From contig OZ024742.1 in assembly GCA_964016885.1 (NCBI GenBank), positions 250,418,001-250,482,000 of the forward strand: DNA of 64,000 bases. The letters are read 5' to 3'. Under the pieces are notes generated by a model. The model made no database searches and was not told the origin of the DNA. It saw nothing but the letters and a program-made list of their open reading frames with translations. Positions within the stretch are counted from its first letter, which is position 1, and every line of letters starts with the position of its first letter. The position numbers and the translations under genes were made by a program. Below, in pieces: positions 14,376-28,185 of the stretch. Source of the stretch: Eledone cirrhosa. Taxonomy: Eukaryota.

Positions 14376-15053
14376 TATTGGTAGATATAGTATATGTAGG
14401 ACTGCATTACCTAATGTGTCATTTTTTCAGGTATAGTTTTCCGGCGTCAAAATAATTCAGTGTAACGTTTTTAAAGACAGTTAAGTATGGTGTGTCGCGA
14501 ATGTTACTGCTATTTCTAGCAGTTCTAGCAAACCACCTTGAGGCTTATTTTGTTGGCTTGCTAGGAAATATTGTTACCGATATTATAAATCATCAGCAGA
14601 GTTATGCATCTGTCAGCATGTTTGCAGTTCTCTTTTAAACAGTTTTCTCGGTGATGTCAACTTAGCTTTTCAACCTTTTGAAGTCAATAAAATAAAGTAG
14701 CAGCCAAACGCTGAGATCAATTCAGTCAATAAATCCCCTCTCCCTAATAAATGAATGGTCTATGATAGAAGTTATTTTTAGGTGAGTGTGTATTTGCAGA
14801 ATTAGTAGAGTGTTGGACAAAATGTTTTGCGGTATTTTTCCTATCTCTTGACGATGTTAATTCAAATACTGCCGTGTTTTCAACTTTAACTTTTATCAAT
14901 TCGGAGGCGATAAAAGGAAGTACACTTTATTATAGACAAAACGTTTTCGACGATGGAGTGTGAATTTAGGAGTATTTGGCTGTTATTTTTTGGTATATAG
15001 TGTAACCCCGTAGGTTCACTGGCATAATAAAGTGAACCGAAATGTCTCGTCTT

Positions 15054-15223
15054 GGTAGAGGGTCGGACGCCATGCTTTGCAGCGAAGAGTTACGTCCCTT
15101 TACGGTCTGAGTTCAAATCCCGCCGAGGTTAACTTTGCCTTTCATCCTCAAGGGGTCGATAAAATAAAGTACCAGTAATACACTGGGATAATTGCTGGGC
15201 TTGTTTCAAAAGTAGAAACAATT
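15054..15223 (+). mobile_element. tRNA-derived SINE family 1
   Basis: B-box GAGTTCAAATCC, body TTAACTTTGCCTTTCATCC..GGGGTCGATAAAATAAAGTACCAG, 3' end GTAGAAACAATT; more than 10 copies in the window. Confidence 0.85.
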
Positions 15224-15640
15224 AATTACTCAGTTACGTTACTGTCGTTCGAACGATCATTGAATATATTGTGTCGCATTTTATAAACATGGATTGCCAA
15301 AGATTGAACAGTTTAAATATTTTCTTAATAAATCTAGATTATTTCAAATCTATAGCCATTTATACATTGAGGGAGTGATCAGAATACGATGACATGTTTC
15401 CAGGGAAGTAAAATACGATATCAATAAAGCTCTATGTAAATTGTGCAACGTAAAAATTCGCAATCATAAAATCGCAATAACAAAGTATGTTTCTTCAGAT
15501 CAACCTAGAGAAATACTGCTACAATAAATTAGAATTCGTAATAAAGTTTGTTTTTTGTTTTTTTTCACTTGTAAAATCAATCCTCCTTGAACTTGTATTA
15601 TTCAACTAATATTTCTTATGAACACGTATCTACAAAATAG

Positions 15641-16140
15641 CAGGAGTGTGCAACATATTCCATTGGTGGGCCACTTTTGAACATTAGAACAACTATTAGG
15701 ACCATTGGTTTGGCAGTATCGGTAGAGGGTCGGACGCCATGCTTTGATGCATAGTTACGGCCCTTGCCATTCTGAGTTCAAATCCCGCCGAGGTTAACTT
15801 TGCCTTTCATCCTTACGGGGTCTATAAAATAAAGTACCAGTAATGCACTGGGTAATTGCTGGCCTTGTGCCAACAATTAGAAACAATTATTATTTATTAA
15901 GCACCATTCCAAAGATTCATCACAACTTCTTTCCATAACATGCAACTGGGAAATTATAACACACATAACCCTATCAGTGGAGCCCTTTGGTATAGGTCAA
16001 CTAACAGAAAATTGTATTACGGTTATAAAAAAAATGCTAAATAAGCCTCCAAGTAAAAATTAAAAACGGTCATCGCGGGCCACCTTGACTTATCTGGCGG
16101 GCCGGAATGTGGCCCACGAGCCGCCTGTTGCACGCCACTG
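15641..16140. mobile_element. hAT (Charlie-like) MITE containing a nested SINE at 15706-15888
   Basis: Imperfect TIRs CAGGAGTGTGCAAC / GTTGCACGCCACTG, GGGCC(A/G) subterminal motifs; the 8-bp TSD is only about 5/8 conserved. Confidence 0.55.
15706..15888 (+). mobile_element. tRNA-derived SINE family 1, near full length
   Basis: A-box-like TGGCAGTATCGG, B-box GTTCAAATCC, family 3' end. Confidence 0.85.
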
Positions 16141-16159
16141 TAATATACTAACATACAAT

Positions 16160-16366
16160 GTAACATGCATTGGTTGTTTACGCGTGCCATTTAGCAATGC
16201 CACACTTGAAAGGGTGTTTTCAAGAGTAACAGCTATTAAAATTAAACTACGATATACGATGAGTTTGGACCCAATATCGTTAATTTTAAGACTAAAAATA
16301 AAATCCGAAGAACAAAGCATTTGCTGCTATGAATTTAGATCTAGTAAAGCCATGTTGGAAATGTAG
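16160..16366 (+). pseudogene. hAT transposase C-terminal dimerisation-domain remnant
   Basis: CLRVPFSNATLERVFSRVTAIKIKLRYTMSLD matches the P-x-S-N-A-x-x-E-R-x-F-S...K..LR..M motif. Confidence 0.7.
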
Positions 16367-17070
16367 TTCAAGCGAGGTTAAGTTGGAAATACGACTCAAA
16401 CGAAGCCATTGTAGAGTTAAATCCATCTGCCGTTGGACACATATTTAGTGGCTTCGTCAATCATCAAAAGCCACCTCTCTGTAGTAATAATACGCCCACA
16501 TATTATAAACAAGTTATAAAAGCTCAAACTAGTAAGAAAGAAATTAATTCTTCTTCCGATTCCATGTCGTTTCGGAATAGTGCCGTACCGAACTCTTCCC
16601 GCCAGTGATTCCTTGTGCTAAATATATTATCTCAGACACTGAGATTCATATATCGTTGATACAAATAATTATGCTCTAACAAAGTATTTATTATTTGGTG
16701 CCGTATACATCCACCTTACATATAGATATACATATATTTCATTAGTTTATTTTATTTTTAATTAATATTAGACAAGATATGCGTATCTTAGTTTTTTCTT
16801 CCACGCTTTTTAGTTACGTTAATCTTGTGTAGGATATCTTATTACGCAGCTCTTTCGGTTATTTCATAAACCCTGTTTTGCTTTTCTGAATTGTTTCTGC
16901 ACACATTTTATCTAAACATAATTAGTGGTGACCGTATATTAATAGTCACTACAAAATAGTGTACTGTCTCTGCACATTGCATAAATGGTATATTTTGTTA
17001 TTATATATTTGATGGCAGCCCGTGTTTACATGTTGCGTGCATACAGAATTTGGTAACTCTTAATCTTTAT

Positions 17071-17215
17071 ACTACAGAATGGTAAGTTTTTGCCATAACA
17101 ATATTGTACGCTTATGTTCCTACTACAGAATGGTAAGCTTACATTGCAACAACAGAATGGTAAACTTATGTCTCCACTACCGAGTGGTAAGCTTACGTTG
17201 CCACTACAGAATGCT
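17071..17215. repeat. Minisatellite of about 28 bp, 5-6 units
   Basis: CTACAGAATGGTAAGCTTA(C/T)GTT(G/C)CCA recurring. Confidence 0.7.
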
Positions 17216-17669
17216 GACTTAAGCAAATGTTACAGCATGTTGGAAATAGGACTCAAATGTAGCCATGATGAATTAACAACTAAACATTAAAAAATTAGGG
17301 AAAAATTAGAGAAGAGATGAAAGATATTTTGATGCCTTAAAATTTTAATTTTTACAGACAAAAATCTTCTTGAATATCACATTTTATTTTCAACTAAGTG
17401 CAATAAAACCAAACTTAAATCCTTAAGTTGTAGATTGAAAAAAGTTGTATTTTTTTCTTTCTTTCGGTATGATCACAATCATCAATTTTTAAAACAGAAA
17501 ACCGAAGTCTTTTCTGCAGAAATAATCTGAAAAATATTTTATGACTTGGAAGGCGGTTTATTTGTAAATATATATGTAAAATTTATATTTTGGTTCACTT
17601 TTTAACGTAAACCACTATTTTTATAAAATGTTAGGCTACATTTTATGTACACTCAGGCTAACTTTGCTG

Positions 17670-18285
17670 TACATGTGTATGCATTTGGCTCCACCTGGAG
17701 TGACACTCTTATCTCCGAGCTACACGCTCTATCGAGTAACGTTACACCAAAGACCCTTCAGAGGAATCCTATTTCGGCCGCTTGTATTCGCGGTCGCATT
17801 CTTTCGGTCATTACCGAAGATTTATGACCATAGGTATGGGTTGGTACGAATACTGAATTGAAGACAGTGAGTTTGTCTTTTGCAACTACATCTCCTCTTC
17901 TGATTACCGAATGCTGAAGCTGCCGCATTACTGTAACAGCCCCTGCAATGCGTGCACTTAATCCAGCCTCCTCCTTTCCATCACCCGTGAACACGTCCCG
18001 AGATACTTGAACTTCTCCACCAGCTTCAGTGGAACTTCATTCACCTGTAGAGTGCACTGCACAGGCTTCCTTGACAGTACGAATGTCCCAGTCTTCGCAG
18101 CACTGTTTTCATACCAGCCATAGCCATGCGGCACTCGGCATCAAACCTATGAGGAGCCAGTCGGAAATCACATTCTATCGAGGTAAGTAGTACCATGTCG
18201 TTTGCAAACTCCAGCCGACTGATTTTACCCCTGCCAGTCGTGATACCACTTTCAACCGGGCCGCGCGTGTCAATTCTGTTCATGA
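17670..18285 (-). mobile_element. RTE-clade LINE fragment (RT C-terminal half), degenerate
   Basis: RLEFANDMVLL (decayed LLFADD), VEKFKYLG, KDKLTVFNSVFVPTHTYGHKSSVMTERMR. Confidence 0.85.
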
Positions 18286-18289
18286 AAAT

Positions 18290-18476
18290 AATTGTTTCTA
18301 CTTTTGGTACAAGGCCAGGAATTATCCCAGTGTATTACTGGTACTTTATTTTATTGACCCCATAAGGATGAAAGGCAAAGTTAACCTCGGCGGGATTTGA
18401 ACTCAGACCATAAAGGGCCGTAACTCTTTGCTGCAAACATGGCGTCCGACCCTCTACCGATACTGCCAATCCACCG
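18290..18476 (-). mobile_element. tRNA-derived SINE family 1
   Basis: Reverse complement of the 15706-15888 consensus. Confidence 0.85.
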
Positions 18477-19236
18477 TTAACAAGAGAGGTGACAGTACAC
18501 ACTCTTGGCGGAGTCCGACTCCTACATAGTATGATTTCGATTTAGCACCATTTATCCGAACACAAATACTCATGCATTTGTATAGGGACTTCATAATTGG
18601 CACCAGTATTGATATCTTTCTCGTGAAAACATAACTAATTAAATTTCTCCCTAATTTGTAAAAAGAAAAAGAAACAAAGATAATAAATCAGTTATAGCTT
18701 ATTGATGTATCATTTGAAGATAAATATCATAAATTAATCTTTCCTGGATTATTTATTTCATTTTGATGTTTTCAGCTCTTTCTTCTGTAACAACACTCCA
18801 TTTTAAATATCGAGTTGAATTATTGTTCAATAAAAAAAATCTAACGATAGCGTCGAAGCTGTTTATTTGTTGGAGTCTTGGATGGCAATACTATATATCG
18901 CGGGATTGTTGAGTATATGAACAACCTTACAAACGGGAATATTTATATTTTGATAAATTAATGGTTTGTATAAGAGAAGGTTATGTTCTTCACTGTCATG
19001 AGGAAGTGATTAAAGCCATTACCAATTTGATAATTTATTTCCAAAATATAATTACATAGATATTCGGCATATAAGTATAAATGACATACAGAATTAAATG
19101 TATGAAGACCATTAGAGAAATCACTATTCACAGATACAATTGTAGGGTTAGAACACAGTACTTTGGGATTAGAAATTAAACTTCTTGTTGTAGCAACATG
19201 GCTACCGTGTGTATGTGTATGTAAACAAGAAATGTT

Positions 19237-19277
<41 letters not shown>

Positions 19278-19336
19278 TATATATATATATATTACTTCAA
19301 AATATTAGTAAATATAGACATTCATGTGATCAAATA

Positions 19337-19402
19337 TATTTTATTATACATATTTCAGCGATACTGAGCTATTTCAACAGTACGTCCTCATCAGATAAAA
19401 TA
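19337..19402 (-). ncRNA. Type I hammerhead ribozyme, family E second copy (element about 19292-19480)
   Basis: Reverse complement TATTTTAT-CTGATGA-GGACGTACTG..CAGTATCGCT-GAAA-TATGTA-TA^ATAAAATA; flanks match 10577-10760. Confidence 0.85.
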
Positions 19403-20307
19403 AGTTGATGCTTGACATACCTTGACTATGTTGATGGTTATAATTTAGTCATGGCAGTGATTAGTTATGACAAAACTTTATATATATATTTGGTTGTGCG
19501 TGTTTATGATATGTACGTATTTGTATGTGTATAATTGTATAGCTATGTATGTATATGTATGTGTGTATGTATACATTTATGTGTGTGTGTGTATTTTTAT
19601 ATTTATGTATATATATATATATGTATGTGTATATAATTACATATACATATATGTGTGTGTATATGTGTGTGTATAATTGTATACGTGTGTGTGTGCGTGT
19701 TTGTGCATGTATTTGTGTATGTGTATGTATGTGTTTATGTATTTGTATATGTATATTTATGTGTGAGAGTGTGAGTATGTATTTACTATTTCGTACGTAT
19801 GTATACGTGCATTTGTGAGTATTACTTACCACGCGTGTCTGTCCAGTTACCTGTCTTTTGTATCACTGTCAAAAATTTGTTTATATATATATTTTTTCTT
19901 ATATTTATTTGCGTGTGTGAATATGTAGAGGAGTGCATTTATGTATGTGTATGTATGTACGTGTGTATATATGTATGATTGTGTGCATGTATGTATGTAT
20001 GTATGTATATGTATGTGTGTATGGCTATGTTTGTGTATGTGTATGCTTGTACACACATATATATATATGTATATGTGTATATATATATATATATATGTAT
20101 GTATATGTGTGTATGTATATGTATTTATATTTATGTTTCTATGTGTATGTATGTGTGTATATATGTGTGTGTGGTTGTATATATGTATGTGTATGTATGC
20201 GTTGATATTTATGTGCGTATGTATATATGTGTATATGTATGTGTTTGTGTGTATTTATATACACATATATGTGTGTATATATGTGTGTGTGTATGTATGA
20301 GTGTATG

Positions 20308-20403
<96 letters not shown>

Positions 20404-20891
20404 ATGCTTTTGTGTGTGAGTGTGCGTGTTTTTTGTGTGTGTGTTTGCATGTGTAGTTTTATTTTATTTTTCCTTTCCTTCTTCCTTCTCCAGCCTCACT
20501 TTAATATAGATTGCATTTTTGTTTTTAAAATCCAAATTCAATAAAAAGACCAGGATTTTTTTCATTCTGAGGATTGAAAGCAAAATCTTTTGCTTTTAAG
20601 AAACCACTGGTAAATGGAATAATTGCCTTATGTTGTTTATTACATAACTATATATATATATATATATATAAAGGAACGATCGACTTTCGTGAAATCGGAC
20701 CGAGGAAACAATGTTTGCATTGGTCTTTCCAGTTGCTAATACTATCTATTGATCGTAACTCCAGGTAGAAGGAACAGCGCGAAATAAAGTGTCTTGCTCA
20801 AGGACATAACGCATCGCCCGGTCCGGGAGTCGAACTCACAACCTCACAATTGCGAATCCAATTCAATAATAGATATATCATTCAATAATAT

Positions 20892-20931
<40 letters not shown>

Positions 20932-21932
20932 ACTCAGAATACCCGATACTTGGTGTTGTAGAGTATGGGTTATATTATAGAGTCAACAGGAAGTAGCTGT
21001 CTCGACACTTTATAAGATCTATATATATATATATATATATATAAAGGACGATGTGTTCATGTGTAGAAATGCTACAAAATATCTTATAAAATAGGGGGAA
21101 GTTAAGGTCAACTTTGCCTTTCATCCTTTTGGGGTCGATAAAGTAACAATCCTTGGTAGTGGAATTGCAGAATCGTTAAAGAGTCAGACGGCATGCTTTA
21201 CGATATCTATTCTCGTCCTCTGTGTTCTGAATTCACTTCCCAATTCCTGCCAATAAGAAAATGGTGACGCTTCTGTTATGAGGTAAGACAGGCAGATAGT
21301 ATACCCGATCTCCAGGAGGCTGTCTTTTTGGAGCTTTAATTGGTATAAACAGCTGATCATTAACATTCACAAGCACAAATTGAAATATGTTCATGGTTTT
21401 TGTATACTCTACAGTGATTAAATAAAACAACAACACTATTTTTCCCCAAACATTTTTTTCAAAAATACACCAGTGCGTCGTATAACCCAAACAAACCCGG
21501 TAATATAACAAGAGTATTGCGAATGATTGGAGCAATAAGATCCGTCATTAATATAAACCTAACACTTATGTAATTCTCAGTTTTTTTTTATATTATCCTT
21601 CATTTATAAATTCTGGTTTTGTTGTTTTGTTATTTTTTCTTATTCTGGATTTTCGAATCAATTTCATCTTCTGCTAAGTACTTAAGTCCATCGCTGTATT
21701 TGTTTCACTTGCATCAACACACACTCAACCATATGTATACACACTCTCCCCTTCTCTCTCTCTTCTCTCGCTCTCTTTCTCTCTTTATTTCTGTCGCGCT
21801 CTATCTCTCTCTCTTCTCATACATACATACATACATACATACCATCATATATCTCTTTCTCGCTTATATCTTTGTTTATATATATATATATAATTATGTA
21901 TGTATATATATGTATATATGTATTATGTATAT

Positions 21933-22086
<154 letters not shown>

Positions 22087-22574
22087 TTCTACACTGTTAA
22101 TTGACTTCTGTCTAGTGTAACATCGCCATATTTTCTATAATCCAATTTTTTATAATTTCATACATTGCTGATTGCGCTTAATACTTCCATAATTAATACT
22201 TGCACTAAATTACATTTTTGATGCTGCATTCGTATCACTAGCTCTACATTATCAATGATCATCATAATTATTATTAGTACTAGTGGGGTGGAGGTATTCT
22301 TACATATTACAACGGTTACAAGACCCAATATAATTACATAGAAAAATTCCTAATTTCAATTTAGTTTCATATTTCGTTTCGTCATTTGCGTCATTTTTGT
22401 AAATACTTGCTTGGCGTTTTACTTTTCTCTCATTGTTTTTTTTTTATTTTTAGAAACAAAATCGTTCCTTCCATGCCCTTCGTTACAAATTGAAATGCGA
22501 AAAAAGTAAGTAAATGTTCTGGAAATATTTAATTATTACGCTGACTATATTAGAAAGATAGAACCTCATGTACA

Positions 22575-23520
22575 GTGCAATAGCGTGACAGTGACAGGAA
22601 TACTGTGTGACTGTGTAGTAGTGTGACACAGTGAAAGAACTATAGTGTGGTTATGTGACAGGACTATAGTGTAACGGTGTGGTACAGTGGCTGGACTATA
22701 GTGTGACAGTGTGGTAATGTGACTGGACTATAGTGTGATAGTGTGGTAATGTAACATAGTGACTGGACTATAGTGCGACAGTGTGGTACAGCGACTGGAC
22801 TATAGTGTGACAGTGTGGTAATGTGACTGGACTATAGTGTGATAGTGTGGTAATGTAACATAGTGACTGGACTATAGTGCGACAGTGTGGTACAGCGACT
22901 GGACTATAGTGTGACAGTGTGGCAGTGTGGTACAGTAACTGGAGTATAGTGTGACAGTGTGGCAGTGTGGTACAGTGACTGGACTATAGTGTGACAGTGT
23001 GGCAGTGTGGTACAGTAACTGGAGTATAGTGTGACAGTGTGGCAGTGTGGTACAGTGACTGGACTATAGTGTGACAGTGTGGCAGTGTGGTACAGTGACT
23101 CGACTATAGTGTGACAGTGTGGTAGTGACAGGATTAGGCAGTGACAGCGTGGTAATGTAACACAGTGATAGGACTATAGTGTGACAGTGTGGTAGTGTGG
23201 TACAGTAACTGGAGTATAGTGTACCACACTGCCACACTGTCACACTATAGTCCAGTCACTGTACCACACTGCCAGTGTGGTACAGTGACTGGACTATAGT
23301 GTGACAGTGTGGCAGTGTGGTACAGTGACTCGACTATAGTGTGACAGTGTGGTAGTGTGGTACAGTAACTAGGTTATAGTGTGGTACAGTGACAGGATAA
23401 TAGCGTGACAGTGTGGTACAGTCACAGTGACAGGAAACTGTGTGGTAGTGTAAACAGTAACAGGAATATAGTGTGACAGTGTGGTAATGTGACACAGTGA
23501 AAGGACTATAGTGTGACACA
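22575..23520. repeat. Minisatellite A (30-40 bp units GTGACTGGACTATAGTGTGACAGTGTGGCAGTGTGGTACA)
   Basis: Exact 40-bp period at 22941-23100; an inverted unit at about 23221-23272. Confidence 0.9.
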
Positions 23521-24400
23521 GTGACAGAGCTGTGACTAAGAAAGGAGTGACAGTGTGGTAGCGTTACACAGTGACTAAGAAAGGAGTGACAGTGTGGTAG
23601 TGTTACAGCGTGATGAGAAAGAAGTGACAGTGTGGTAGTGTTACAGCGTGATGAGAAATGAGTTACAGTGAGGTAGTGTTACAGCGTGATGAGAAAGGAG
23701 TGACAGTGTGGTAGTGTTACAGCGTGATGAGAAAGGAGTTACAGTGTGGTAGCGTTACAGCGTGATGAGAAAGGAGTGACAGTGTGGTAGTGTTACAGCG
23801 TGACTGAGAAAGGAGTGACAGTGTGGTAGCGTTACAGCGTGACTGAGAAAGGAGTGACAGTGTGGTAGTGTTACAGCGTGACTGAGAAAGAAGTGACAGT
23901 GTGGTAGTGTTACAGCGTGACTGAGAAAGGAGTGACAGTGTGGTAGCGTTACATAGGGACTGAGAAAGGAGTTACAGTGTGGTGGCGTTACACAGTGACT
24001 AAGAAAGGAGTGACAGTGTGGTAGCGTTAAAGCGTGACTGAGAAAGGAGTGACAGTGTGGTAGCGTTACAGTGTGACTGAGAAAGGAGTGACAGTGTGGT
24101 AGCGTTAGAGCGTGACTGAGAAAGGAGTGACAGTGTGGTAGCGTTAAAGCGTGACTGAGAAAGGAGTGACAGTGTGGTAGCGTTACAGCGTGACTGAGAA
24201 AGGAGTTACAGTGTGGTAGTGTTACAGCATGACTGAGAAAGGAGTGAGTGTGGTAGTGTTACAGCGTGACTGAGAAAGGAGTGACAGTGTGGTAGTGTTA
24301 CAGCGTGACTGAGAAAGGAGTTACAGTGTGGTAGTGTTACAGCGTGATGAGAAAGGAGTGACAGTGTGGTAGCGTTACAGCGTGACTGAGAAAGGAGTGA
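23521..24400. repeat. Minisatellite B (39-bp unit GTGACTGAGAAAGGAGTGACAGTGTGGTAGCGTTACAGC)
   Basis: More than 20 near-identical tandem units. Confidence 0.95.
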
Positions 24401-24865
24401 CAAGATCAGTAACAGAGAGACAGTGAAGTAGTGTGACAGAATCGGTGTGTGACAGAAGGGTACTGCAGTGTGGTACTTAGTGTGGCATCGTGACAAAACC
24501 AAACAGGGCTACAGATAGGTGGTGAGACAGTAAAATCCAGATGGTGGCACATTTACATAACCATGATGAATTCTTGAAGATCTAGGTACAGGTTCCTTCC
24601 TTGGTTTGCATGTTTGTTTATTAGTAGTTATTGTTGTTGATGTCACTGTTAGTGTTCCTATTGTTGCTGTCGCTATCGTTGACCCTGCTCTTCTCGATCT
24701 TCTTGACTCTGCTGTTGCTGTCGTTGATGTTTTTTAAAATAACTGTTTCTACTTTTGGCACAAGGCCAGCAATTATCCAGTACATTACTGGTACTTTATT
24801 TTATCGACCCCGTAATGATATTATAATGAAATAGTATGGTAGAATATTAAATGTTAAGTGTTAAT

Positions 24866-24904
24866 TGAACAAGTACTTTCTTGCTTTCGCAATCTTCAGG
24901 TTCA
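24866..24904 (-). ncRNA. Minimal type I hammerhead ribozyme
   Basis: TGAAC-CTGAAGA-TTGC(GAAA)GCAA-GAAA-GTAC-TT^GTTCA: perfect stems, GNRA loop II, palindromic stem III. Confidence 0.9.
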
Positions 24905-24983
24905 TAATGTGTGGTGACAGTCAAGTTTGCAATTTTCAACTGTGACAGTTGAAAATTGCAAACTTGACTGTCACCACTTAATA

Positions 24984-25022
24984 TGAACCTGAAGATTGTG
25001 AAAGCATGAAAGTACTTGTTCA
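24984..25022 (+). ncRNA. Minimal type I hammerhead ribozyme (opposite arm)
   Basis: TGAAC-CTGAAGA-TTGT(GAAA)GCAT-GAAA-GTAC-TT^GTTCA. Confidence 0.85.
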
Positions 25023-25124
25023 ATTAACATTTAATACCATACTATTTCATTATAATATCATTATAATTTTAAAGGATTGTAAATAAAACGAGTAAATCAG
25101 ACTAAGTTGGAATTCCTTTTATTA

Positions 25125-25162
<38 letters not shown>

Positions 25163-25245
25163 AAGTATGTATATATGTATATACACATATAACTTTAATA
25201 ACTTTGACAGGTTTCGGCAGTATTGGTCCAGGCCATGTCTAACTT

Positions 25246-25314
<69 letters not shown>

Positions 25315-25337
25315 ATATATATATATATATGTATATA

Positions 25338-25378
<41 letters not shown>

Positions 25379-25742
25379 CAAATATCCATGGAAGTAAAAA
25401 AATCCAGTAAAATGTTTAACGATGCAGAAATCTGTTCTACGTGGCTGCGTCAGGAAGTCATCTTAGGTTTGTTCATCCATGCATAACCCCTCAATTCATC
25501 TAGAGCTTGTTAACTCGTATCTCTTTGTATTTCCCTCTATTTACATAGGTACCTTCCTTTATCACCAATACATTCTATTGTCAAGCTTTCAAACCCGGAA
25601 ATTTAGCACCGACCATGACAGCATTACTGCCAGTACGACCGAGGCACATGAAATATATGTATGTGTATATATGCATATATATATGAATGTGTATATATGT
25701 GTGTGTATATATATATGTATATATATGTACGTGTATTTATGT

Positions 25743-25779
<37 letters not shown>

Positions 25780-26409
25780 CATACATACGCACAGACAAAT
25801 ATATGTGTGTGTGAGTATGTATGTGTGAGCGTGTGTGTGTGTGTGAATGTATGTTGTATGAGATAGAGAGAGAGGGGAGAGTGAAAGAGGGGCGAGATTC
25901 AAAGTCGAATCGTTTTTACATTTACAATATAATTATGTTACTACAGGTTATTTTTGATGTTCAAAACATTTGAACATCATCATCATCAAAAACACACTTT
26001 GAAATTTGCAGGTTCGATATATGTGGTGGTGAGGCGGAGATAAAAGAGAGGTCAATTCCAAGTGACCTCCCTTGTACAAAGAAACCAAATTATAAATATT
26101 TCGATTACAAAGCCAATATAACAGAATGACAGAGGGAAATACTCCCGATTGTATCAACAAAGCTGACGTCGGTACGTTTAAATCTGGTGTTTTGAAGGCG
26201 TTTTGAGCTTTTACTTCATACAGATGTGAGAAAAGGCGCAGGAACATATCTTAAAAGTTTTGTTGATATAAAATAGGGATACGATTTATTTCCAGCTTGG
26301 TTATGTCGGTTGCACTCTTAATACATTGTTTAGTTTGGAGGTCTGGGGAGAATTAGGATTTACAAACTAAACATAAAGGTAATTCTTTGTCTATTCTTTC
26401 CTCGTATTT

Positions 26410-26470
<61 letters not shown>

Positions 26471-26473
<3 letters not shown>

Positions 26474-26650
26474 AAAATGTTAGACCCCGACGGCAGAGCT
26501 CAAGCCGTTTCGACGGCTATTTCAGTCTGAAACGGCTTGAGCTCTGCCGTCGGGAGTTTAACGTTCTCGTATTACCCACTCTACTACGCTAAGTATTGAG
26601 TACTCTGCTGCGCTATGGCCCATCTGGTTCCTTACCACACCTCCTTCGTT
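26471..26650. mobile_element. Foldback element family F
   Basis: Same arms and tail as 11873-12072, opposite orientation, in (TA)n. Confidence 0.85.
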
Positions 26651-26675
26651 ATATTTATATATATATAGAGAGAGA

Positions 26676-27488
26676 GAATAAGGAAGGTGAAGTAGTTTCA
26701 GATGTTCAAGTCTTTTAATGCTGTGATATATATTTCAATGGCGTCAGTGGTCACTCTGTTCGCCAGTGTCGCGATTTCGTCAGACAGCTTGTCACATAAT
26801 AAGGTTATGTTTCCGAGGCAATCCAAATTGAATCGTCATGAGAACGGACGAAGTGTGTGCTTTTGGGTTCTTCATCCATTCCCCTGTGAGTACCAATTCA
26901 CGCCCATCGGTCTGCGCAGGCGCAGGTCCGAAGGAAGTTGACCATTAGCTACAGCAGATTTCAACGAAATTCGCTTAGTCAGTTTCCCCTCTCAGCCAAA
27001 CAATGACCCATTCAGGCCTGTCATATAACTTACTGCTACCCACCCCGTCAGTGGCAGTCAGTCGAAAGCCAGTGGGGATGGGAGAGTGTGAGTATCTATA
27101 GGTCTCAATACTACCCCTCATTAATCATGGACAGTATAATTGACCATCAACCTCTAAGAGAAAATATACTTAATTCTAGGTATCATGGTTTTAGAACTAA
27201 ATGGAAATTAGAACTAAAAATTAAAATTTTAAATCGAAAATCAGAAATCAAATATTAAAAATTAGAAATTAACAATTAAAAATTTAAAAATGTTTCAAGT
27301 GAGAATCTGGATTGAGGTGAGTAAAAAAATATGTCGCCATTGAAATATATATCACAGCATTATTATTAAAAGACTTACACATTTGAAACTACTTCACTTT
27401 TCCTTATTCGATATTTACTCCGTCACTCCTATGTGGAATAAGTACGTTGAGTGCTTGAATTGAATTGCATCAATATTTACCCTAAGTA
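26676..27488 (+). mobile_element. PLE-like remnant with terminal inverted arms and an HHR 3' half
   Basis: 26676-26745 is inverted relative to 27335-27410; GAAA-TATATA-TC^ACAGC at 27342; one-sided tail to (TA)n. Confidence 0.6.
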
Positions 27489-27802
27489 TATATATATATA
27501 AATATAAGTTAGCGAGAATCGTATTTCGGCTATTGGAAATTAGCGAAAAACAACTTCCGAGATGTGTGGCAAGCGCTCCATAGAAGGTAGTGAACTAGAG
27601 CTACAACATAAGTTAAAAGGCCAAACACACTGAGACGATGGTTAAACCATTATCCGCACAGCCATAGAAACGACCAAGTAATTCAGGTCAAACAAATAAA
27701 ATATGATTGAAAATTATACCCGGACCCCTGGAAGGTTGGTAAATTCCAGCATTTGGGTTTCTGCAACTCCTAAATCAAGTACTGTCTACTTAGACAAATA
27801 AT

Positions 27803-28185
27803 TGTTTCTACTTTTTCGCACAAGGCCAGCAATTACTCAGTGCATTACTGGTACTTTATTTTATCGACCCCGTAAGGATGAAAGGCAAAGTTAACCTCGG
27901 TGGGATTTGAACTCAGATCATAAAGGGACGTAACTCTATGCTTCAAAGCATGGTGTCCGACTCTCTACCGATACTGCCAATCTACCGCCCTAATATAATT
28001 GTTTCTACTTTAGGCACAAGGCCAGCAATTACCCAGTGCATTACTGGTACTTTATTTTATCGACCCCGTAAGGATGAAAGGCAAAGTCAACCTCGGCGGG
28101 ATTTGAACTCAGATCGTAAAGGGACGTAACTATGCTGGAAAGCATGGCGTCCGAGACTCTACCGATACTGCCAATCCACCGCCCT
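27803..28185 (-). mobile_element. Head-to-tail SINE family 1 dimer with a single 16-bp TSD
   Basis: Two full SINE units; TACTTAGACAAATAAT (27787-27802) / TACTTAGACGAATAAT (28187-28202). Confidence 0.85.

Larger units (their letters stand above)
24813..25125. mobile_element. Foldback PLE-like element with two HHRs, abutting a truncated SINE (24740-24814)
   Basis: Inverted repeat 24813-25063 centred at about 24944, plus a tail to (TA)n; the SINE is cut at ...CGACCCCGTA. Confidence 0.85.

Noticed and set aside
15706-15790. tRNA gene
   Set aside because: A/B boxes belong to SINE heads; no cloverleaf
23521-24400. CRISPR-like regular 39-bp periodicity
   Set aside because: Units are contiguous with no unique spacers, there are no cas genes, and the context is eukaryotic
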